IMG/VR virus record: IMGVR_UViG_3300008267_000065 | Coordinates: 1-53,069 of that record | DNA length: 53,069 bases | Direction: 5' to 3' (one strand) | Origin: a virus | Lineage: Duplodnaviria > Caudoviricetes | In this document: positions 46,226-53,069 of the stretch, piece after piece | Layout of the letters: the number at the start of each line of letters is the position of its first letter | How positions within the stretch are numbered: the first letter of the stretch is position 1 | The notes under the pieces: model-generated | What the model was told of the DNA's origin: nothing | Database searches by the model: none | What the model saw: only the letters and a program-made list of their open reading frames with translations | Position numbers and translations under genes: made by a program

Positions 46226-46399
46226 ATGATTGGTATACTATTCTTTGTATGCATGTTTTATATGGTCAAGTTTATTTTTACGAGTGAACAAAATCCAAAA
46301 ATTACATTCTTAAGAATGAGAATAAAAGCAAAAATATACTATTTACGTATACAAAGGTATTTAAAATACATAAAATGTAAAATAGGAAAAAGAAAATGA
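46226..46399 (+). CDS. 57-aa membrane peptide with basic tail (MIGILFFVCMFYMVKFIF...KIGKRK)
   Basis: Fills the gap after recA; ATGA overlap with the next gene; no obvious SD. Confidence 0.4.
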   Translation: MIGILFFVCMFYMVKFIFTSEQNPKITFLRMRIKAKIYYLRIQRYLKYIKCKIGKRK

Positions 46400-46713
46400 A
46401 GCTAACAAAAAATTATGTAAGAAAGCTAATTCGTGAACAACTAGAAAACATGCAATCACTAGAACAAGAAGGTGCTATGACGGGTGTTGCTGCTGGAGTT
46501 GGTTTAACATTATTTACAGCTCTTGCTGGAATGTCAGCAAAACAACAGGTTGACAGATTTGGACAAATTATGCAAAAAGTTCAAGCTGATAATCGTGGTT
46601 GGGATGAACTCTCTAGAATTTATATGGAAAAGACTGGATCTGACCCAAAAGCTGATAATATGGATCTAGAAGATCTAAAAATATTTGCTGCCGGCGGCGA
46701 ATTAAAAAAATAA
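46396..46713 (+). CDS. hypothetical protein with shared N-terminal leader and hydrophobic helix
   Basis: MKLTKNYVRKLIREQLE, then GAMTGVAAGVGLTLFTALAG. Confidence 0.65.
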   Translation: MKLTKNYVRKLIREQLENMQSLEQEGAMTGVAAGVGLTLFTALAGMSAKQQVDRFGQIMQKVQADNRGWDELSRIYMEKTGSDPKADNMDLEDLKIFAAGGELKK

Positions 46714-46727
46714 AAAATTTATAGAAC

Positions 46728-46756
46728 TTGACCAATTTAGCCCACTGTGATATTCT
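46728..46756 (+). promoter_or_regulatory. sigma70-type promoter overlapping a terminator, upstream of uvsE
   Basis: TTGACC-N17-TATTCT with TGn; the -10 lies at the hairpin apex. Confidence 0.55.
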
Positions 46757-46776
46757 GCTGTCACAGTGGGTTTTTT
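46739..46776 (+). terminator. intrinsic terminator
   Basis: AGCCCACTGTGATA-TTCTGC-TGTCACAGTGGG-TTTTTT. Confidence 0.8.
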
Positions 46777-46791
46777 ATTTGGAGAATAATA

Positions 46792-47721
46792 ATGTCTATG
46801 GGTTTGTGTTGTCAGTTCCTACAGGAGAAGAAAAAACGGAATGGTGATACTATTTATCAAAATATCATCAAAGAGAAATCTTTACAGTTAGGAGCATATA
46901 AAAATGGAAGATATGATACACAAAGAATACTTGAAACATATAGAAACAATATCAAAGAGCACTTGCGAGTCATTCCTAAACTCAATGAACTCAGCATTAA
47001 GTCTTTCAGAATATCAAGTTCTCTTTTTCCACTTTTTGAATTCAATGCAGGTCTTGCAAAACGAGATGGAGAGATTCTCTCAGGGCTTAGACTTCTTGGA
47101 GAAGAGTTCAAAAAAAGCGGAATCCGAGTAACGACACACCCAGGGCAGTTTACTGTCTTGTCAAGTGATAAAGATTCTGTTGTACAAAATTCTATAAAAG
47201 AGCTAGAATATCATGCATGGATTTTTGATCAGATGGGTTTTGATCAAACGCCTTATTATGCAATTAATATTCATGGTGGTAAGGCTAAACGTGGAGAGCG
47301 TTTAATTGATGTAATTAATTCTTTGCCAAAATCAGTAAAAAATAGACTAACGTTAGAGAACGATGAAAAGTCATATTCCATCTCTGATCTACTTCAGATT
47401 CATAGTAGTTGCAATATCCCTATTGTATTTGATTCTCACCATCATAATTTCAACTCTAACAGTATTAAGCCAGTTGATGCTTCTAATCTTGCAGTTTCTA
47501 CATGGGGTAAGATTAAACCTTTGCAACATCTATCCAACACCGAACCAGGCAAAGAAAATGCTGGCTTCAACGATAGAAGATCGCACTCACAATTAATTCA
47601 CAATATTCCAGATTTTCAACTTCAGTATCTAGTTGAAGATTCTGTTGATATTGATATTGAAGCAAAAGCTAAAAATTTGGCAATAATTAAAATTAGAAAA
47701 GACTTTAAAGTGGAGTGTTAA
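46792..47721 (+). CDS. uvsE: UV damage repair endonuclease
   Basis: FRISSSLFP, THPGQFTVLSS, ELEYH, INIHGG, LENDE, FDSHHH, RSHS, DIEAKAK; GGAG RBS before ATG 46792. Confidence 0.92.
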   Translation: MSMGLCCQFLQEKKKRNGDTIYQNIIKEKSLQLGAYKNGRYDTQRILETYRNNIKEHLRVIPKLNELSIKSFRISSSLFPLFEFNAGLAKRDGEILSGLRLLGEEFKKSGIRVTTHPGQFTVLSSDKDSVVQNSIKELEYHAWIFDQMGFDQTPYYAINIHGGKAKRGERLIDVINSLPKSVKNRLTLENDEKSYSISDLLQIHSSCNIPIVFDSHHHNFNSNSIKPVDASNLAVSTWGKIKPLQHLSNTEPGKENAGFNDRRSHSQLIHNIPDFQLQYLVEDSVDIDIEAKAKNLAIIKIRKDFKVEC

Positions 47722-48150
47722 ATGAGAGAAGAGTATATACAAACCTTAACAACAAAATACCCAGAAATGTTTCTTGAAGATAACAAACTTAGGTGTGAAA
47801 TATCTATTGGTGATGGATGGTATGAATTAATTAATTCTTGCTGTAATATTATAACTGAGCACATCAAGTGGAACCGTAAATATAATAAATGGGACGAGTC
47901 GATAACAGTTAAGTGTATTCAGATTAAAGAAAAATTTGGTGGCCTAAGATTCTATATTTATGGTGGAGATGAATTCTGTCGTGGAGTAATAAACATGACA
48001 GAATCTATGTCATACAAGACGTGTGAAAGTTGCGGCAACATTGGCTCCTTAAGAGAAGATGGCTGGATGAGAACGTTATGCGATTCTCACGAACAGGAAA
48101 GACGATGGAGGCAAAATGATAAATCCAAAACAGTTCTACCTGATAGTTGA
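47722..48150 (+). CDS. conserved-looking phage hypothetical protein (GDGW..L, QIKEKFGGLRFY, CxxCG)
   Basis: Motifs visible; GGAG RBS. Confidence 0.7.
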   Translation: MREEYIQTLTTKYPEMFLEDNKLRCEISIGDGWYELINSCCNIITEHIKWNRKYNKWDESITVKCIQIKEKFGGLRFYIYGGDEFCRGVINMTESMSYKTCESCGNIGSLREDGWMRTLCDSHEQERRWRQNDKSKTVLPDS

Positions 48151-48268
48151 CAAGTGGGGAAACATAATTGCATATAGAGACTTTGATTGGAAGCCAAGTG
48201 ACTGCTCTCCATATAAAGTATTCCAGTGGACAGGCATAACGTTTATTGAAGTTATTACAAAGGGATAA
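48116..48268 (+). CDS. 50-aa hypothetical protein (MINPKQFYLIVDKWG...)
   Basis: GGAGG RBS at 48107-48111; below the ORF-track cutoff. Confidence 0.45.
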   Translation: MINPKQFYLIVDKWGNIIAYRDFDWKPSDCSPYKVFQWTGITFIEVITKG

Positions 48269-48270
48269 AA

Positions 48271-48411
48271 ATGTATAAATTATTGATTTTGACAACAATT
48301 TTTTCTTGTGCTAGTATCGACAAAACAGAGATGAGAGAAAAATATAAGGAACCATCGTTTTGTAAAAATACTCTTCAACATGACATTCATAGAAATGAAT
48401 GTCTGAGGTGA
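48271..48411 (+). CDS. 46-aa putative lipoprotein (MYKLLILTTIFSC-ASID...)
   Basis: Short basic/hydrophobic signal ending in lipobox-like IFSC; two further Cys. Confidence 0.45.
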   Translation: MYKLLILTTIFSCASIDKTEMREKYKEPSFCKNTLQHDIHRNECLR

Positions 48412-49379
48412 TTTTGGAAAAGAAAAAAGTATTAATCATAGACGGCAATAATAACTATTTTAGAGCATATATTGTAGATCCAAGTGTTTCCACCAATGGT
48501 CAACCTATTGGTGGAATTACTGGTTTTTTAAAAATCCTCCAGAAACTTATTCGTGAAACAAATCCAAACAGAGTTGTTATATGTTGGGACGGTCAAGGAG
48601 GATCGGCTAAACGTAAAGGAATGAATAAGAATTATAAAGAAGGTAGAAAGCCTATTAGACTGAATAGAAATATAAAAAATCTATCAGAGAGTGAAGATAT
48701 AGACAATAAAATTTGGCAAATGACAAGACTAGCAGAGTATATTAATACAATGCCTATTATTCAATTGCTATTAGATGGGGTGGAAGCAGATGATATCATT
48801 TCTGCTGTAGCTAACCACAAGAGTCTACAATCATACAATAAAGTGATTGTATCTAGTGATAAAGATTTTATTCAGCTATGTAACAATTCTACAATTTTGT
48901 ATAGACCCGTACAACATGAAATCTTAAACAAGAATAAGGTTATTGAAGAATATGGAATTCACCCAAATAATTTCTGTCTTGCTAGAGCTTTGTCTGGTGA
49001 TAAATCAGATAACATAGATGGTGTTGAAGGGATTGGTTTGCCTACTGTTGCTAAACGTTTTCCAATCCTATCAGAAGAAAAAGTTTATACAGTTGATGAG
49101 TTAGTAGATTATTGTATAAAAAGTGAATCAAAGGTAAAAGCTTACTCAAGCGTAGTAGAACAGCAGGATAAAATTAGAGACAATTATAAGATCATGCAAC
49201 TGGCGATACCAAACATCTCGGTTCAAGATTCTATGAAAATAGATTATGCTATGGAAAATAGTGAGTGTACATTTAATAAACTTGATATCGTAAAGATGAT
49301 GATTGAAGATGGATTTCCTTCTTTGAATTTAGACGAACTATTTATTCATCTAAAAAAGATTGTTCTTGAAAACTGTTAA
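48399..49379 (+). CDS. 5'-3' exonuclease / flap endonuclease (T4 RNase H / PolI N-terminal-like)
   Basis: LIIDG, CWDG, YKEGR, EADDII, SSDKDF, GDKSDNIDGVEGIG. Confidence 0.92.
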   Translation: MSEVILEKKKVLIIDGNNNYFRAYIVDPSVSTNGQPIGGITGFLKILQKLIRETNPNRVVICWDGQGGSAKRKGMNKNYKEGRKPIRLNRNIKNLSESEDIDNKIWQMTRLAEYINTMPIIQLLLDGVEADDIISAVANHKSLQSYNKVIVSSDKDFIQLCNNSTILYRPVQHEILNKNKVIEEYGIHPNNFCLARALSGDKSDNIDGVEGIGLPTVAKRFPILSEEKVYTVDELVDYCIKSESKVKAYSSVVEQQDKIRDNYKIMQLAIPNISVQDSMKIDYAMENSECTFNKLDIVKMMIEDGFPSLNLDELFIHLKKIVLENC

Positions 49380-49394
49380 ATTGCGTGGTAGATT
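49366..49394 (+). promoter_or_regulatory. possible sigma70-type promoter for helicase
   Basis: TTGAAA-N17-TAGATT with TGn. Confidence 0.4.
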
Positions 49395-49414
49395 GTTGGA
49401 AATCTGGAGAGAAA

Positions 49415-50815
49415 ATGGCCGAGAAAGATAACAAAAATTTTATCAATGAAAAAGCCTCATTTGAGAAGTTTGGAACTAAATTTCAAGAAAACCTAGTGCA
49501 ACTAATGCTAGACGATAGAACCTTCTGTGATCAATTAACAGAAGTTATGGATATACATTTCTTAGATCTAAAATACCTAAGAGTCTTTGTTGAAAAGATG
49601 ATTCAATACCGTAAAAAATATGGTACTCATCCGTCACGCGATACAATGACGATGATTCTAAGATCAGATATAGATAAAGAAAACGAAGTCACCCAGAAAC
49701 AAGTACGTGATTTCTATGCAAGAGTACAAGCTAACGAGTTCAGTCTTGATGGTGAACAACATATCAAGGATGTATCGCTTGATTTCTGTAAAAAGCAGAA
49801 ACTAAAAGAGGCGATGATTAAAAGCGTCGGCCTTATTCAGAACTCATCTTTTGATGAAGTAAGCAAGATTATCAATGATGCTCTAAAGCTTGGAATGGAC
49901 AATGATCAAGGGTATGATTTTTTCCTTGACTTTGAAAAGCGTTTTGAGTTGAAAGCTAGAAATCCAATCAGCACTGGTTGGGAGCTAATTGATAATATTA
50001 CAAAGGGTGGTTTAGGTAGAAGCGAGCTTGGTGTTGTTGTTGCTCCAACTGGTGCCGGAAAGAGCATGGCATTAGTTCATCTTGGAGCAGCAGCTTTACA
50101 AGCTGGATTGAACGTGGTACATTACACTCTGGAATTGCAAGATAAGGTTGTTGCTCTACGTTATGATTCCTGCATAACAGGCATCTCTCTACAAGACGTT
50201 AAAGAACAGAAAGATCAAGTTTGGGAGGGAATTAAAGACGTTAATGGTAAGCTTATTATTAAAGAATATCCTACAAAAAGCGCATCAACTAATACCCTCA
50301 AAAATCATCTTGAAAAACTAAAAAGACGAGAACATCGTGTTGATATGGTTATTGTTGATTACGGCGATCTACTTAAACCAGTTTCTGCACAAAAAGAGAA
50401 ACGAAACGAACTAGAAAGCATCTATGAAGAATTACGTGGTCTTGCACAAACTTATGGATGTAGTATCTGGACTGCCTCTCAAACAAACCGGAGTGGATTG
50501 AATGCAGAAGTTATCACAATGGAAAGTATTTCAGAGGCGTTCAATAAGTGTTTCGTTGCTGACTTCATCTTCACGGTTTCTAGAACAATAAAAGATAAAA
50601 ACACAAACGAAGGTCGGATCTTTGTTGCAAAGAATCGAAATGGACCCGATGGATTAGTATTCCCAATTTTTATGGATACAAGCAATGTCAAGATAAAAGT
50701 CCTAAGTCAGAGTACTGAAACCGCAACAGAAATTATGGAAAGTGCAACAAAAAAACAGGAAGAAGAACTACGTAAGAAATACAAGAATTATCGTAAAGAG
50801 CAAAAGGCATCTTAA
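49415..50815 (+). CDS. dnaB: DnaB-like replicative helicase (T4 gp41-like)
   Basis: STGW..ID..TKGG, APTGAGKS, YTLEL, VDYGDL, WTASQTNR, AKNRNG; GGAG RBS before ATG 49415. Confidence 0.92.
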   Translation: MAEKDNKNFINEKASFEKFGTKFQENLVQLMLDDRTFCDQLTEVMDIHFLDLKYLRVFVEKMIQYRKKYGTHPSRDTMTMILRSDIDKENEVTQKQVRDFYARVQANEFSLDGEQHIKDVSLDFCKKQKLKEAMIKSVGLIQNSSFDEVSKIINDALKLGMDNDQGYDFFLDFEKRFELKARNPISTGWELIDNITKGGLGRSELGVVVAPTGAGKSMALVHLGAAALQAGLNVVHYTLELQDKVVALRYDSCITGISLQDVKEQKDQVWEGIKDVNGKLIIKEYPTKSASTNTLKNHLEKLKRREHRVDMVIVDYGDLLKPVSAQKEKRNELESIYEELRGLAQTYGCSIWTASQTNRSGLNAEVITMESISEAFNKCFVADFIFTVSRTIKDKNTNEGRIFVAKNRNGPDGLVFPIFMDTSNVKIKVLSQSTETATEIMESATKKQEEELRKKYKNYRKEQKAS

Positions 50816-50826
50816 AGGAGAATAAA

Positions 50827-51075
50827 ATGAAAAAAGTGCTAATGTTTTCAGCTAGTTGGTGTGGTCCATGTCGTCAAGCAAAGCCAGTATTTAATCAACT
50901 AAAAGAGTCAAGAGCGGATGTAGAATTCCAGGTTGTAGACATTGATGAAAATCCAGTAATGGCAAATAATTTTAGCATCTCAGGCGTTCCTACATTTGTT
51001 GTTATGGAAGGTGATACTGAGGTACAGCGAATTGTTGGCGGTGGCAATGTAATGAAACTTAAGGAAGTTCTATGA
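50827..51075 (+). CDS. trxA: thioredoxin
   Basis: FSASWCGPC, VPTF. Confidence 0.93.
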   Translation: MKKVLMFSASWCGPCRQAKPVFNQLKESRADVEFQVVDIDENPVMANNFSISGVPTFVVMEGDTEVQRIVGGGNVMKLKEVL

Positions 51076-51254
51076 AATCAGAAGAAGATATATTGAAAGA
51101 AATGGAGCTAAGAACAGGAAAAAAAATAGAATTTTCTCCTGTTCACTGGGATGAGTATAACAGCAGAGCAGTAAGATATATTATGGTAGATAGTCAAGTA
51201 AAAAATGATCAATCGTTGGTTGATTTAGCTTATGAAATTGCAAATGGAGAATAA
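51072..51254 (+). CDS. hypothetical protein
   Basis: ATGA overlap; AAGG RBS. Confidence 0.5.
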   Translation: MKSEEDILKEMELRTGKKIEFSPVHWDEYNSRAVRYIMVDSQVKNDQSLVDLAYEIANGE

Positions 51255-51258
51255 TTAA

Positions 51259-53069
51259 ATGTCAAATTGGTCTAATCTAGCTAAGGTTGTATATAAAAGA
51301 ACTTATGCACGTAAAGACAGTGGCCCATTAGAAAATTGGGACAATACTGTCGAGCGCGTTATTAGTGGAAATATTGCAGGACATAATGTAAGTGAGCAGG
51401 AAGTAAATCGCTTACGATATTACCTATCAGAACGTAAAGCTGGACCAGCTGGACGTGGTTGGTGGTATTCGGGTGCTCCATCACATAAAAAGCTAGGTGG
51501 TGTAGCATTAAATAATTGTTGGTTTACCGCTGGTGATGATTGGACCAATTTTGTTCTTGCTCAAGATCTACTTATGTTAGGTGGTGGAGTTGGTATGTCT
51601 GTTGAACACAGATTTGTCAGTAAGCTACCTAAAGTAAAAAACGGTGTACAAATTGTAAATCGTGATAGCAAAGATGCTGATTTTATTGTACCCGACAGCC
51701 GCGAAGGGTGGAATGAACTAACCCGACGTATTTTGGAGAGCTACTTTGTCACTGGTAAGTCTTTTAGCTATAGTACTGTATGCATTCGTCCTTCTGGTGA
51801 GCCTATACGCGGCTTTGGAGGTTCTTCGTCAGGTCCAAAACCTCTTATCTCGTTTGTCGAAAAACTATGTGGAATCCTCAACGCCAGAGGCGGAAAACAC
51901 GTTAAACCTCTTGACGCTGCTGATATCCTGTGTTCAATTGCTGAGATGGTCGTTGCCGGTAATGTTCGTCGTTCAGCTATTATTATTCTCGGTGATCCTT
52001 GGGATAAAGAGTACCTAAAGGCTAAACGCTGGGATCTTGGTAATATTCCAACTCAAAGAGCGATGGCAAACTTCTCAGTTGTTGTAGATGACGTAGAAGA
52101 CCTACATCCATTATTCTGGAAAACATATGAAGAGGGTGAACCATTTGGTATCGTTAATCGCACCAATATGCAAAAATATGCTAGAATGGGTGAGCTAAAG
52201 GCTGATAGTGCTGTTGGTGTTAATCCGTGCGCTGAAGCAACTCTTGAAGATGGTGAACCATGCAACCTACAAGAGATTTCACTACCAAATCTAGCAAATG
52301 AAGCTGAATTTGTTGAAGTTGCTCGCCTTATGCATCGTTGGGGCAAACGTGTAACTATGGAAAAGTATCATCAACCAAAATGTGATGCTGTTGTAAAGCG
52401 TAATCGTCGTATTGGAACTGGTATTACAGGTTGTTTACAGAGTCCATTATTTAAACCAGAGATTCTAGATCGCGCTTATGAGGCTATCCAAGATGAAAAT
52501 CGTGAATACTCAAGACACCTAGGAATTCCAGAAAGTATCAGAACTACAGTAATTAAACCTTCTGGGACTATCTCAAAAGTATTTGATTGTTACGAGGGAA
52601 TCCACCCAGGTTACTCCAGATACATCATTCAACGTGTAAGGTTTGCTGCAAATGATCCGCTTATTCCGCTATTGAAAGAAGCTGGTCACCACATGGAACC
52701 AACAATTCGTTTTGATGGTAGTCTTGATCACAACACTCTTGTTGTTGATTTCTATGTTGCAGCACCAGATGGTGCACCGGTTGCTGATGAGGATTGGACA
52801 ACTTGGAAACAATTAGATGTTGTCAAGATGGCCCAAAAGCACTGGGCTGATCAATCTGTGTCTGTTACTGTTTACTACAAGCGTGAGGAAATTTCTCAAC
52901 TAAAGAAATGGCTAGGAGAAAATTTGAAATATCTAAAAACTATTTCATTCCTATGTCACAGCGAACACGGATTCCTACAAGCTCCAAAAGAAAAGATCAC
53001 CAAAGAACAATATGAAAAACTATCAGCTAAAATTAAGCCAATTAATGATGATGGTATCGGTGAAGGTGA
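51259..53069 (+). CDS. nrdJ: class II (B12-dependent) ribonucleotide reductase, 3'-truncated
   Basis: Not in the ORF track because no stop lies in the window. Translates MSNWSNLAKVVYKRTYAR..., PAGRG, LNNC, LMLGGGVG, VAGNVRRSA, GVNPCAE...PCNL, RRIGTG, IKPSGT. Confidence 0.9.
   Translation, partial: MSNWSNLAKVVYKRTYARKDSGPLENWDNTVERVISGNIAGHNVSEQEVNRLRYYLSERKAGPAGRGWWYSGAPSHKKLGGVALNNCWFTAGDDWTNFVLAQDLLMLGGGVGMSVEHRFVSKLPKVKNGVQIVNRDSKDADFIVPDSREGWNELTRRILESYFVTGKSFSYSTVCIRPSGEPIRGFGGSSSGPKPLISFVEKLCGILNARGGKHVKPLDAADILCSIAEMVVAGNVRRSAIIILGDPWDKEYLKAKRWDLGNIPTQRAMANFSVVVDDVEDLHPLFWKTYEEGEPFGIVNRTNMQKYARMGELKADSAVGVNPCAEATLEDGEPCNLQEISLPNLANEAEFVEVARLMHRWGKRVTMEKYHQPKCDAVVKRNRRIGTGITGCLQSPLFKPEILDRAYEAIQDENREYSRHLGIPESIRTTVIKPSGTISKVFDCYEGIHPGYSRYIIQRVRFAANDPLIPLLKEAGHHMEPTIRFDGSLDHNTLVVDFYVAAPDGAPVADEDWTTWKQLDVVKMAQKHWADQSVSVTVYYKREEISQLKKWLGENLKYLKTISFLCHSEHGFLQAPKEKITKEQYEKLSAKIKPINDDGIGEG

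Noticed and set aside
4765-52346. Numerous minus-strand and alternate-frame ORFs in the ORF track
   Set aside because: All overlap well-supported + strand genes, show no recognisable motifs, and look like antisense or shadow frames.
1-53069. Alternative genetic code (stop codon reassignment), as in some large phages
   Set aside because: Conserved genes are full length under the standard code, and TAA, TAG and TGA each end genes followed closely by the next start.
1-53069. tRNA genes, group I introns and inteins
   Set aside because: Intergenic gaps are short and no cloverleaf was seen. Terminase, RecA, helicase and the visible part of nrdJ are uninterrupted and of normal length. This was checked by eye only.

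Overview
This 53-kb, AT-rich window is a segment of a large (jumbo-type) contractile-tailed phage genome with distantly T4-like head, neck and tail genes. All credible genes are on the + strand, and the standard genetic code fits. In order: a 5'-truncated tail-fibre-like gene; RuvC resolvase; primase; a single-chain SbcD-SbcC (Mre11-Rad50, T4 gp47-gp46) fusion; a putative membrane/lysis trio; terminase; portal; prohead protease; a fibre/decoration block; a divergent ribosomal protein bS21; scaffold; major capsid; GIY-YIG homing endonuclease; neck; sheath; three tail-tube paralogues; a tail chaperone with an apparent +1/-2 frameshift; tape measure; baseplate genes. A replication block follows: minimal family-A polymerase, divergent tubulin/FtsZ-like protein, gp32-like SSB, RecA, UvsE, 5'-3' exonuclease, DnaB-like helicase, thioredoxin and a 3'-truncated class II ribonucleotide reductase. 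The most striking pattern not explained by gene calls is a dispersed family of otherwise unrelated proteins sharing an N-terminal leader MK(I/V/L/F)(T/S)xx(Y/H)(L/I/V)xx(L/V/I)I(R/K/S)E. Most lie downstream of a recurrent ACTA(T/A)TTA motif (candidate late promoter), and some are closed by a hairpin that overlaps a sigma70 promoter. This looks like a modular capsid-targeting/protein-delivery system. All assignments come from motif recognition by eye; no database searches were run.
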